NCBI GenBank assembly: GCA_030704615.1
Contig: CM060732.1
Span: forward strand, 61,256,001 to 61,320,000
Direction: 5' to 3'
Source of the DNA: Takakia lepidozioides
Lineage: Eukaryota > Plantae > Bryophyta
DNA length: 64,000 nt
The position numbers and the translations under genes were made by a program. This document shows positions 49,766 through 62,026 of this stretch, one piece after another (position 1 is the first letter of the stretch; each line of letters opens with the position of its first letter). The notes under the pieces are model-generated. The model did not search any database, was not told the DNA's origin, and saw nothing but the letters and a program-made list of their open reading frames with translations.

Positions 49766-52700
49766 ATGGGGTCGGGCAAGCCAAAGCGAAAGCGGAACAG
49801 CCCGAGAGATGATGATCCTGGTGAGCCCGATGGGGGCGACGTGTCACCGAAGCGGCCATTTGAGGAAGTGATGCGTGCTTTTGAAAATGAGGCCACTCAA
49901 GAACGGGATGAATCTGAGGAGTTGGAGCCCGAGTCTCTGAGAGCTCCGACAGACCAACAAATGCCTCCCATGCCAGCAACCTTTTGGGAAGGGTTGTTGG
50001 CACAGTTTGGCGGGACGTTGAAAGACGTGTTGAAGGCGGCTAATGTCACTTCCACTAAGGCAAAATTTAAGGTGAAGCCTAAGGAACCCGACACCTTCGA
50101 GGGCGTTCGAAATCAGAAGGCACTCAACACCTGGAGCTTGGAGCTAGAGCAGTACTTCCGAGCGGCCAAGTTGAGTGACGAGGATCGGGTGGAAGTGGCT
50201 CCCACTTATTTGAGGGGCTATGCTCAACAATGGTGGCAGAAACGCCTTCACGACCGAGGTCCAAACCCGGAAACCTTGAACTGGAGTGGGTTCAAGGAAC
50301 TGATGAAGAGACAGTTTGTGTTCCTCAACGCATCCTGGCTTGCTCGGGACAAGATGAGGAATCTGAAGCAAACGGATGACATTCGGGGATATGTTCAGGC
50401 TTTCAATGTGCTGTTGCTCGAAGTCGCGGACATGGCAGAACCAGAAATGGTCTTCAACTTCGTGGCGGGACTGGCCCCGTGGGCCAGACGGAAGTTGGAG
50501 GAGAAGCCACCTAAGACTTTGAACGAGGCAATTGAGAGGGCTGAATGTTTCTCGGATGTCCCTAGGGGCGGAAGACAAGGCCGTACGAGCTGAACCACAA
50601 GAAGACCCGGCGGGAGGGTGACTCTTTTCGACCGGAAAAGAAGTGGGATAGGCCACGCGGCGACAATGGCACCTGGAAATCGAAGGGAGGGCCTTCACAC
50701 GCCAAGACGACACCCGGTGCTCCGAAAGGAAAATCAGGTGCGACGCCTTATGGCGGACAAAATGCGACCTTCGATGGAGTGTGCTTCAATTGTGGGGAGT
50801 CCGGGCACATGGCCAAGAAGTGCACGAATCCCCGACAATTGAATATGACTCGGGCAACCACGGAGTCGTCCGAAGCTTCCATCAGTCGCTTGGTGGAGGC
50901 GGTGGTCGCCATGACTTGCAAGGTAGACAACTACTCTTGTGAGTTGTATCAGGAAACTGGCGCCTTGCGAAAAGGGAGTCAGTTAATGTTAGTGAGTGGG
51001 ATAATCTCCGGAACTAACGTGTCGTTGTTGGTGGACACAGGAGCGTCGCAGAACCACAATTGGCGACGAGGTTGGCGTTCGATGTTCCTCTTCAACTCGA
51101 GAGTTGGGAAGGACGTGAGAACTTCACCATTTGCGAGATCGATGGAGTGGATCTCATTTTGGGGATGACATTTCTGAGCAGATCCGGAGCGGTCATAGAT
51201 GGCCGCAAGAGGGTAGTCACGCTACCGTGTGAGCATGGTGGCGAAGTTTTTACGAGTGTCGAAAACGCCCAATCCCGTGGGAGGGCGAATAAACCTTCTG
51301 TCAGCAAGGGAGTGGGCCGTGGATGAGTCACACGAGCCCCAATTTTGCTTTATGTAAGACAAGTAAAGGGAGAAGGCGATGGGGAGCCGAGCCCAGATTG
51401 GATCAAGGGGATTTTGGAGACATACCAGGATGTGATGCCGGAGGATTTACCAAGCGGCTTGCCACCGCGAAGAGGAGTTGACCACAAGATTGAGGTGATA
51501 CTGGGATCGGAGCTGCCTGCCAAGGCACCCTACCGGTTGAGCCACAGAGAGTTGGTCGAGCTGAAGACTCAGTTCAAGGATCTAATGTCAAAGGGGTACA
51601 TCCGGCCGAGTAAGTCACCTTATGGAGCCCCGGTGCTATTCGCAGACAAGAAGGATGGGACGCTACGGATGTGTGTCGATTACAGGGCTCTAAATAAGGT
51701 GACTATAAAAAACCGGTACCCTTTGCCAAGGATCGACGACCTCTTTGATCGGTTGGCAGGAGCGAAGTATTTCAGCCGGATCGATTTGCGCTCCGGCTAC
51801 CATCAAATTCGAGTGGCGGAAGGAGACGAGGAGAAGACCGCGTGCAGGACAAGATATGGTTCATATGAGTTCTTGGTGATGCCTTTTGGGCTCACCAACG
51901 CACCCGCGACCTTTAGCACGCTAATGAACAGCCTTTTTCAGGAGTGGTTGGATGACTTTGTGATCGTGTACATCGACGACCTTTTGGTGTACTCGAAAAC
52001 AAAGGAAGAGCACCTGGAGCACCTGGAGCACCTAAAAAGGGTGTTCCAGAAATTGCGGGAAGAGAAGCTGTATGCCAAAGCTTCAAAGTGCGAATTTGGG
52101 GTCACGAAAGTGGAGTTCCTGGGGCATGTGATTACACAGGATGGGATCAAAATGGATGACAGAAAGGTGAGGGCGATTTTGGACTGGGAGCCTCCGGTTC
52201 CGGGAGTGCGATCCTTCCTATGACTCGCCTCCTATTATCGGAAGTATGTGAGAAATTTCGAGATCGCGGGGCCGCTGTCAGACCTCCTGTGTAAATCCAA
52301 AGTCTGGGTATGGAACACCTTTTGTGGCCAAGCTTTTGCCAAGTTGAAGCAGCGGATGGCGGAAGCTCCAGTCCTCAAAATTCCGGAGTTCGACCGTCCA
52401 TTTGAGATCCATACAGATGCGTCGGACTTCGCAATTGGGGGTGTACTCATGCAAGATGGACGTCTAATGACTTACGAAAGTAAGAAATTGAATGAAGTGT
52501 AGCAACGATGGCCTACGCACGAGAAAGAAATGAAGGCGGTGGTGCATTGCCTTGAGCTTTGGCGCCACTATATTGGTTCCAACCCGATGAAGGTGTTCAC
52601 GGACAATGTTACGGTGAAGTATTTTGCCACGCAGCCTAAGTTGTCCCCAAAACAAATTAGGTGGCAAGATACTTTGGCACTGTTCGACGTGGATATCCAG

Positions 52701-54244
52701 TACAAACCGGGACGAGACAATGTGGTGACCGATGCTTTAAGTAGAAAGCAGCAGCTCATGATGGTGTATAGGGGTGAGACGACGCTCCAAAGGAAGATCC
52801 GGAAGGCTTACCGGAAGGATGAGATTGCAAAGTCCGTGATGCGAGACTTGAGGATGGGGGTTAAATTGCAGTTCCACTTGCAAAATGGACTGCTCCGGTA
52901 CAAGCAAAAGCGTCTCTACGTGCCAAAGAGAGGGATCAGAGATAATCTCTTAAGAGAATGCCAGGATGGTCCGCTTGCGGGCCACGGCGGAGTCAAGCGC
53001 ACCGCGGCACTCTTGAAGAAAACGTATTTCTGGCCCAAACTGAGAGAGGAGGCCGAGGAGTATGTCAAGACATGCACCACATGCCAACAAAACTGGAGCG
53101 AGTACAAAAAGCAAGCGGGGCTATTACAACCCTTGCCGATTCCAGAAGGGTCTTGGAAAGTGTCTCGATGGATTTCATGACTGCTATGCCGCTGTCAAAA
53201 GGATTCGATGCAATCATGGTGGTGGTGGATAGGCTCAGTAAAATGGGTCATTTCATCCCCACCAAGGAGACGGCAACGGCACAGGAGACGGGGCGACTTT
53301 ACTTCACCCACGTTTTCAAGCATCATGGACTCCCGAAGGATATTGTCTCGGACCGCGATCCAAAGTTTACGAGTAAATTTTGGAGGGCACTTTGGAAGAA
53401 GATGGGGACGAGGCTCAAGATGAGCACCGCATTCCGACCTACGACGGACGGCCAAACGGAAAGGGTGAATTCCGTGGTGAAGCATATCTTGCGGAATTAC
53501 GCGGAATTACGTGTCGACAGACCAATCGGACTGGGTGGAGCACTTGGATGCGGCAGAGTTCTGTTATAATAACACAAAACATTCCGCAACGGGAGTTTCC
53601 CCCTTCATATTGGTTTATGGAAAAGCACCTCTGGTGCCGACAAGTTGGCCGCCCAAGACGTTGAGGAACCGGCAGCAGCGGCAGTGCTGGAAGAACGCGA
53701 GCGTTTGTTGAAGCTCGCAAAGTACAACATTGCCAAAGCTAGGAAACTGTATGAACGACAGGCGAATCGGAAGCGGAGGGAGATTAAGTTTGAGGCAAAC
53801 ACGGAGATCTGGTTGAACATCAAGAATTTTCGACTACCTCCCGAAGTGAGTCCGAAGTTCGTACCTCCGTATGCGGGACCCTTTCGCATCCGGAAGGTTA
53901 TGAATGAGGATGTGTATGAATTGGAGCTGCCGGAAAACAACAAGGTGCATCCGGTATTCCACGTCTCCCTTTTGAAGCCTTACTTCAAAGATGAAGCGCG
54001 TCCGAATCGACATCAAGTGTTGCGTCCGCCACCTGTGCTGTTGGATCATGAAAATGAACCTGAGTACGAGGTGGAGGTAGTGCTTAAGTCGAGGAGGTTC
54101 AAGAATCGAGAAACGGAGTATCTCGTGAAATGGAAGGGCTATCATCATGTGGAGGCATCTTGGGTGCGTGCCTCAGAAATGGAGAACGCATCCGAGGCGG
54201 TTGCAGCTTTCGAAGGGCGACCTCAAAAGCGGAAGAAGCATTGA
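49766..54244 (+). pseudogene. Chromovirus gag-pol
   Basis: Gag PDTFEG..W, CFNCGESGHMAKKC, LVDTGAS, RT YIDD, RNase H IHTDASD, integrase (VSMDF, IVSDRD, TDGQTER), GPF, VHPVFHVSLLK, chromodomain YEVE..YLVKWKGY..SW. Several frameshifts and stops. Confidence 0.93.
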
Positions 54245-57200
54245 TGGGGATATCAACCTTGGAGCGTGGGGGAGGAAATGCATGCTTAGCTCGGCTTAGC
54301 TAGCTCAGGAATCCGATTGCAAAAACTTGTATTGTACAAATTTTGTTATAAATGAAATGGTTTCCAAATGTTGTGCGTCCTATTTTGTTTGGAATGGTGA
54401 TGCATGGTATGGTTGGCTAGTGTGTAGAATGCATGCTAGCTTACAAAAGTGGGAGAGGTAAATTGGGTAATTGTATGTTTGCGCAGTGCTGAAATCGGGT
54501 GACTCCCACCCAAGGGGCAAGGAAACTTGCGCCTTCTTTGGGAGTTCACGTGATAGTGCGCACCTGGCGCGTGCGCGTACTATAACTGCGCTACCGAGGG
54601 GGTTGCCTTGTAGTGCGGGCTAACGCGGAAGCTACGTGCTTCCGTTCACGTACTATAATCGTGTAGCCTCGGGACGAAGTCGTAGTGCGGCTTCGGCGTG
54701 TTCCCATACCTCAGGCCAACATTCCAAGGCGGACTCAATTGTAGTGATTGGGGTGCACGGTTGGTTCAAGGTTATCTTCCTAGTCAAAAAGGGTTCAAGG
54801 TGAACCCTTGCTCAAGGTGATGCCAAAAAAAAAAAACCAATGGCATCACGAGCAGTCGCAAACAAATGTTGTTGCAATAAGGCGATTCGATCCTCGGGGA
54901 GGATCGTTCCTTGGCCTTGAAGTGGGCCAAGAAGAGTGCACTAGGAGGAGCTTGAGAGGCTCCACCCTTGGCCGGGACTTGGAGGAAGTCGGCCGAACTA
55001 GCTAGTGGAGAGTAGAGTCAAGTGGGAGTTTGATTCTTAGCCATGGGACGCCATGGTGCGGAAACAAACTCCTTGATGTGGGACGCCACAACTTGGATGT
55101 TCGTTTCTACAAAATAGACAAGTCGATGAGGACATCGACTCCCTGTTGGTAGGGGTGTGTGTTGCGGCCCTTTGCCTTGAGGGCAGGGGGTCGGGACACG
55201 AGAGGGGTTGCCCCTGTGGTGGGGGCAGTGACGACAATAGATGCGGGGGCTGAAGCACCCTTGAGTGCCCAAGGCACTCAAGGAGGCAGAGGCGCTCACT
55301 AGGTGGAGCCCCGCACATCGGATTGCGGTGGGGGTGGTTCCACGAGGGGTGGTGTTGCTTAGTAGGACTTAGTGGGGGTGGCATAGGACTCACCATGGGG
55401 GCGGAGACCTTGTGGTGGGAGTCATGGAGTCTTGGGACTCATCACGGTCCAATGGGACCGTGGTGCGTGGGCCAAGACTCACCGCGACTCATCACCGGGA
55501 ATCGAGGGTTTTCGTGGTGGTTCGCCATAAAATGGCATGGTTGTTTGTGAGATCCCCGCGGACTCTTTTCATGCATGTATTTACAAGATCTATGCTAGAA
55601 ATGGAAGAAGAAGAAACAATGGGACTGAGTGAGTTGGAAAAACGTGAGGGAAGAGACAACAACTAATGAAAAGAATAATATGGAAAGGGGAGAGTCGTCC
55701 GGAGATCACAAAGATCCGGCAACTATGCATGTCGCGCACCTCACTTCGATAAGCTCCCCTTCAAATCATAGTTACTCGCTTTGATGCGCGCGTCTAACTC
55801 CCTAACTGGCCGTCGGGCCAACTCGGAGCTTCGGCTGCTCATCGAGACATAACGGTCTCCCTTTACTCCTCCACAAGACCTTCTCCCAATTTGGGCCTAA
55901 TAGAAATCCCCTTGGTCGATGGCAGTCCGGAATAGCTCCCCACACCTTGGTCGTTTTCCGGCTCGCACGCTTACTCACTAGTTTTTGGTCACCAACGGGC
56001 TTGCATCGTTCTCGGGGTTATTACTCCCTATATATACTACACTTACACATAGGTCCACCAGATGTCCTTCCAGCATAGCCATAGAACACCCAGTCCCATC
56101 CTAATCTGATCCTAAACTAGCTGTTAGAATAAGACAGCCCCTAATAAAGCCATTAGCTGTTGCCAGCTCATCCTCATGCGCAAGGTGTAAGTCCATCCAA
56201 CTTTCATCCTGGCTTCGTCCATCCCTTAAATCATCTAGAGCGCATCCCTCCTCCATCCATCCATGTCGAAAAGTAAGGTGAGCAGGAATCCCAGCTCCAC
56301 AATGAGGGGGTCCAAAAAAAGAAGGGAGGAATTGGCTAAATTTAGAATAGGGGGGTTGACATGTGTCAAGGGCCTTCTAGAAGGTCCCAAGGTCGGTGGG
56401 CTTCTAGAAGGGCCCCACAGCCCTAAGAGGCTATATAAGGGACCCCCCTCTTACTACCTACTAACTTGCTACCTACTAAATTAGTAAATAGTGGGCTATG
56501 CAAAGGCAGGGCCCCCAAAAAAAAACAGCAAACAGCAAACAGCAAACATGAATCAATTAATTAATAAAGTTAAGTGAATGTTTGATTGTCCAACCTAATT
56601 CCATTCTCAATCTTCACCAACTCAGCAATGCTCCTCGGCTCATTGTCAACGCTCATTCGGATCTCCCCAATTTCGGGTGATTGGAATGCCATAAACATTG
56701 CCATCATATCATCTGTTCCAAGGCAAGCAAAGACCTGTCAGATGAATTTAACATTACCCTGTTCTGTTAATAGACCGGTAGATATATGACATAAACAGAA
56801 CATCCAAGAAAACTGAAAAGTAAACATCCATACCATACTTAAAGTACAATAGTACCATGAACCAATGTATTGCAAGTTCCCAATTGCCGGATTGAAAGAG
56901 AGAGAGAGCTCCGATTTGTGGTTGAAAAACCCACTAAGACGACTTGACCAGTGGTGATTTCACATAGAACATGTTTCGGTTGTTGTGAAGGGTGAGAGAA
57001 GGTTTCCGACAATTTAGTATTGATCTGTTATAGGTTATACATTGTACGAAGCTTCCACACTCCATTGAAATGATATGTACACCGTCATGCAGTCTCGTGG
57101 ACCCTCCTAACAGTGCATACAGAGTTCACTTAGAGAGGTATGACAGTATGAGATATGTGATAGTTCAGAGTGTAAAACTATTGTTCAGGCTGAAGTGTAC

Positions 57201-60200
57201 CCCTTCAATTCTGGTCTGAAGCTCCATGGTGTACGTCGACACTGGTACCCTCACCAGATTAATGTGCTCGGCCTTGTATCAGGCCGCTCTCAATCGTCAG
57301 GGGTCCTTTGTGGGGATAAACCTGCAAGAGAAATTGAGACCATCGTAAAGGAACCACTTTCGAATAAGCAATCGTCGGTGTGCTCAAGTGAAATTAGGAA
57401 GGTCATACCCCTTCAGTCATGTCTCTTCTGCAAGCTAGAGTTCAATGTAACGCAGGGCTCTCGTCCCACCATGCGCATTCTTACATAGACCTCTATCTAA
57501 AGACACGAGGTCCAGTGTTTGATCCGTTTATCTCTCACTCCTGTCTGTCACACACTCGAGATAAACCGACGGATTATATAAGAATTATCGCTGGAGATGA
57601 GGTGGTGGCCCCGTCCCTAGGCCGTGACCAAACTGCTGAGCCGCCCCAAACGCCGCAACGAGTCGGTGAACACGTTTCACCGAGTCCATCAACCATGTAG
57701 TCGGCCATGCTCCACCGACGTCGATCAACCTTGGATAACTTGGCTAGTATGTCCCAGCAGATGTCGAAGTCTAGTTGGGCCCAGTTTTGGGCACCACACG
57801 TGAATGCATGCTCCATACGAAAATGGCGGCCCATTCTGGTAGGGAATCTTTGCATTTCAAGCTTCCTCAAGAACGCCTGGGCAAGAAGAGTTGACTGGTT
57901 TTGTGGATGCGCCCAAACATGAACAGTAAGCAAATTAGAAGTCCTGCTCGAGAGTCAATTCCGGTTAGCTAATTGAGCTGAGCTAACTATGAACAGCTCA
58001 ATGTACGATCAGACAGTTTAGCCGTTCGAATGACGCTTGCAGATCAGCTACAAAATATGAATTGACTGTTCAAGCATGAAGATTTGGCTCTGGTCAATGA
58101 TCTCCTAGCTGGTAACACTCAGAATCATGAATGTAGTTACCGCCATTCAAAATGTGGACAAGATCTGGATGAACATATGTTTATAACGTACCTGGACGAG
58201 AACTGAACTCCAACACTGTCTACGCCTCTGTAATCTAACACTATCAGCGACTAGACTGTGACGTGTGTGACTCCATCTTCAAGAGATTAAATTTAAAGAT
58301 TCCATAGATAAAAGTGGGTATTGTGTGTTTGGTTCTTAGTGCTCCTTACGTCGGCCCTGAAAACAGAGGAAACAGATAGAGCAACGGGTTTAAAGAGTCT
58401 CGTTGTTTAATTGGATCGCCCCCGGGACACTGAGAGAATCTGGAGGAAACACAGAGAGCGACCTCCAGCACCGCCAGATATGCATTAAAGACTTCTTTTA
58501 TTCTTGGATCCATGCAATCACATGTTTGGGACTTCATCGTCTGAATCAAGTATCCTGATGTAAAGTATATTACGAGTTTAAGTAATCTTAAGCGTAATAA
58601 AATTTGAACATGTATCATGATCCGATCAGCTCCATCGTCTCGCTCTAGACAATTGATATCAGGCCTACTAGATACTTCATGATTGATTTGTGATTATAAG
58701 GCTCCACATTATTTCTTGAACATCGAGCGTTCTAACATCGACTATAGAATATACTTCAGGCTCTGGACAAGCAGAGCCCATCCACCGCCCCCTGTCGCTC
58801 ATTATCCAGTACTGTGTATATTCTCACTGGTCAGTATGATCCTTTCGACGACTATGGGTTTCACAGGTAAAGAATCTTGCTGAACACACCGTACATGCTG
58901 TGACCATGTTGAAAGCTCTGAGAGTTGCAGAGCCTGCACAAAATCGCCAGACTGGTCTAACCATCCCAAGCTGAACTCCATCGTAGAAACCAAAAATAGG
59001 AACTACTACCGGCATCGCCGCTTTACAAGATGGTTGTCTGGGCCATTTACAAAAGACAAATACAGCCCCGCGAGAGGTAATTCGATCGGTACCTCATTAG
59101 ATGCTATGCCGCTGCAAACCTGGAGCTGAACACAAACCAAAGAATTTCCCTGGGGTGCAACCTGGATCTGGATCACCTCAGTGATGAATGGGTGTATCGT
59201 CTGTTTCATGGTATACCTGGCAAAGTGTGATCCATGGCCCAGATGAGGAGCTGCAGCTCATGTTGCAGTCACTCTTGACTCCGGAAGAATGTGTGTTAGA
59301 ACTAGAGAATAGACGTGTACAATGCTGAGGTCGTGGATCATTTGAAGGAGGAACAACGACAGATCTCGAAGGCAATCCAATATGCAGGCCTGAATAAACT
59401 ACATGAGACTTGAAGCACGTAGTAGACCCACCAGCCGCCTCGGCCCAGGCTCGGCCCCATGCACGAACTGGAATATAGAAGCTGGCATTATATGTAAAGA
59501 TTTACCTCTAGATCGCCAACACAGATTGTGATGAGACCCAGCCGGGCCGCCTTTTGCATTTAAAGTTCTGAAGTATATTAGAATCTCTAACTCTGCGACT
59601 TCGTTAAGTACTTAACTGCAACTTCGATGATACACGTGCTAGACCTCGGCGACTAATCGAGCCCTCCGTCATTGCGACATACCTCTTCGTGTGCACCTTC
59701 CATCTCTTGACATACGCCTTTTCATCTGTCCTATGACCCTTTCGTTGGTTTCCCTACAACCCTTCATCTCTCTGGATCCTTCTAGATAGATCTATTCTTC
59801 ATGTTTTCCTTCTTGAACACTTCAAGCCTAGAAACCCACAAGTCGAATATGTCACGGTGAACTCGGAGCTCAGGATCAGTTCGTGTTCATCTCTGCTCTT
59901 AACATTTTTACAACTTTCATGACAGACTGTTGCTCGTGATGGAAACACGTCTGGCGATTGGTGAGCTCAGCTGCATTTCACAGATCGAGATGAAAACAAT
60001 GGTTAATACATACTCAGGACCTGCGATGCCAAATTTGAGGCCGATGCCTTGAGCGTACATAATCACCATTGAACCAGGAAAAGAGCTAATTAAGGGTTCC
60101 TTACGCAGCTCCGACCCCTTGTCTTTACAGGTTCATGATTGCTGTCTAACTCCGATGCGCTCGGTTTCTCAGTAACGGATACAGAAACAGCTGAGCGCTT

Positions 60201-60869
60201 TGCAAATCATGTAATATGTATATGTTCCTGCATGAAAATTGAAGCATAAAAACCAACAAGGAATAACAAGAAGCAGGGAGAATTCAGAGAACATTTCTAG
60301 AAAGAACTTAGACCGATCGCCAACCTTGAACCTTTGGAGTTTTATGCGCTCCACGATATTTACCGTCCCATCGGATCCAATCTCAGGAAATCTGGGCCGG
60401 GGTCGCGTAAGAATCCGGACACCCGATTCCGCAACAATAGGTTCATTTATGTGTGGATTTTCTAATCACTGACACAGTCGACCTAAACAACTTGTAACGT
60501 AGTACCGACTCTTCCTCGGATACCTACAGTTGCAGGTACGAATTTTGGAAGACAGAACAAGATGTAGCATGCGAGTTGAAACTTGTTTGAACAAATACCC
60601 CGAAATCTAAACTTACTTGCCTGCAGCCCGAACAGACAGACATGTACGATGATCAGCGCCAAATTGATGTAATCTCAACTCCTTGCTCAGATTCAGCTGA
60701 AATGCTCTGAATCTTGCAGTGACAACAAGTTGTAGTAGCTCAAGCTGGATTATGGAGCATAACCTCATTCAATCGTGAACTTTTTCTTTTGCGAATTCGA
60801 ATTTCGTTTTGCACAGTGTCGTAAGTTAGTTACAATCGATACGTCTTCTCCAGCCAGACTAACCAGAAA

Positions 60870-61499
60870 ATGTCTCAAAAAATGCATCCCTTTCATGAGA
60901 AGCTTTATAATCCCAAGCCAGCAGGGCTTCTCGTGAGAAAGATTGAGCGGACTCCAGATTTTGATGAACAAGAAGTTCAACTAGACTTTCCACTGTGCGA
61001 TAATGCTCCAAGGCCATCGCAGCTTGAAACACTATCGAAAAACCCCAATTGGGTTTTTGATCGTGATCGCCAAGACTACCGGCATCGCAGGATCCAAGAA
61101 TTATTAGACGATCTGGTGAACAAAGAGGATGACGAAAATTTTGACATCTACCTGGAAAGATGCTACTCCACTGCAAATCTTGCACTCAATATTAACAACA
61201 AGGCTTGTTTAGGAGATGAGTGTCCAGAGCTTGTCGACAGATGGGTTTTCCGTTTTGTGAAAGGTTTCAGACTCTTGTCTAGAAAAACTGGTGTGGGATT
61301 TTCAACAGAGGACGAGCAGTTACTCTTCAAGTTGGTGAGGGAAGAATGTGACATCCTAACAAGACAAGACGTCATCTTCGTAGACTCAAGAAAGAGTCTG
61401 CGTAAAGTGAAAAGAGCATGGACAAAAGTAGACTCAGACGAGGACAGTCACCCCACAGAGTACAAGGAGGGTCCGGGCTCCTCTTCCAGTGCCAAGTAG
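60870..61499 (+). CDS. Hypothetical 209-aa charged protein, no recognised domain
   Basis: Intact ATG-to-TAG ORF with protein-like composition. Confidence 0.5.
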   Translation: MSQKMHPFHEKLYNPKPAGLLVRKIERTPDFDEQEVQLDFPLCDNAPRPSQLETLSKNPNWVFDRDRQDYRHRRIQELLDDLVNKEDDENFDIYLERCYSTANLALNINNKACLGDECPELVDRWVFRFVKGFRLLSRKTGVGFSTEDEQLLFKLVREECDILTRQDVIFVDSRKSLRKVKRAWTKVDSDEDSHPTEYKEGPGSSSSAK

Positions 61500-61849
61500 A
61501 ACATATGACAGTCACATATCTGCTCAAAATTTGGGCTGATACTTAGGCAAGTTGCAGATCTCATGAATTCATCAGTGAAGAAAATTTGTAACTGTTGCGA
61601 ATCAAAGTGGGAGTGAAAACAGAACAGAAGATACAGGAGTGAAATATCCATGTTTTGAATATATGTAACATGAATCTTATTTTGATATGTCCCAGTGATC
61701 CAATTGCATTTGAATTTGAGCTACATTAACTCATGTTTGCAACTAGCTGTTAATATGTGCAATTCTAGGGTCTTGTTTGAAGATGCACTAGCATATCTTT
61801 CCTGGTCCTTGTATTTTAGCTTCCAATAGTATGTTTGGGTCGGCTGTGT

Positions 61850-62026
61850 GGAGATGAACTTAGTGGCCAGGTGGCAGTCACCTCACACCAAAGGTTTTCG
61901 ATGATGCGGATTGGTGTCTCAGTAGCCCCAAAGCAACGACTAGCTTCTCACGGTGGGTGACCAAGACAATTATGCAATACAAAGCGCATATCAGGCAACT
62001 GCCTCCTTCATCTGCATAGACAATCT
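61850..62026 (-). pseudogene. Decayed DYW deaminase domain downstream of the PPR stop
   Basis: After HAEL*: RLSMQMKEA, then in shifting frames PDMRFVLH, HREKLVVALGLL, TPIRIIENL, GDCHLATKFIS. Confidence 0.8.

Larger units (their letters stand above)
48985..56038 (+). mobile_element. Chromovirus (Ty3/Gypsy with chromodomain), near full length, frameshifted
   Basis: 5' LTR 48985-49710 (TGTCGCG..CGCGACA), PBS, gag-pol, purine-rich tract 55148-55159, and a 3' LTR at 55160-55562 plus an inverted part at 55730-56038. Confidence 0.93.
43156..56301 (-). mobile_element. Ty3/Gypsy LTR retrotransposon with a dUTPase-like domain, degenerate; interrupted by a chromovirus
   Basis: LTR-like direct repeats lie at 43156-43461 (TG..CA) and 56039-56301. 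Domain order: gag (48172-48984), protease VIDTG, dUTPase-like, RT (YIDD), RNase H (LQTDAS..TDH), integrase (LDLVGPL, YNPQCNGLTE). No PPT, PBS or TSD was found. Confidence 0.85.

Noticed and set aside
49401-56038. DIRS-like element with inverted terminal repeats
   Set aside because: The element has a DDE integrase, PBS and chromodomain and no tyrosine recombinase. The inverted copy is explained by a secondary inversion.
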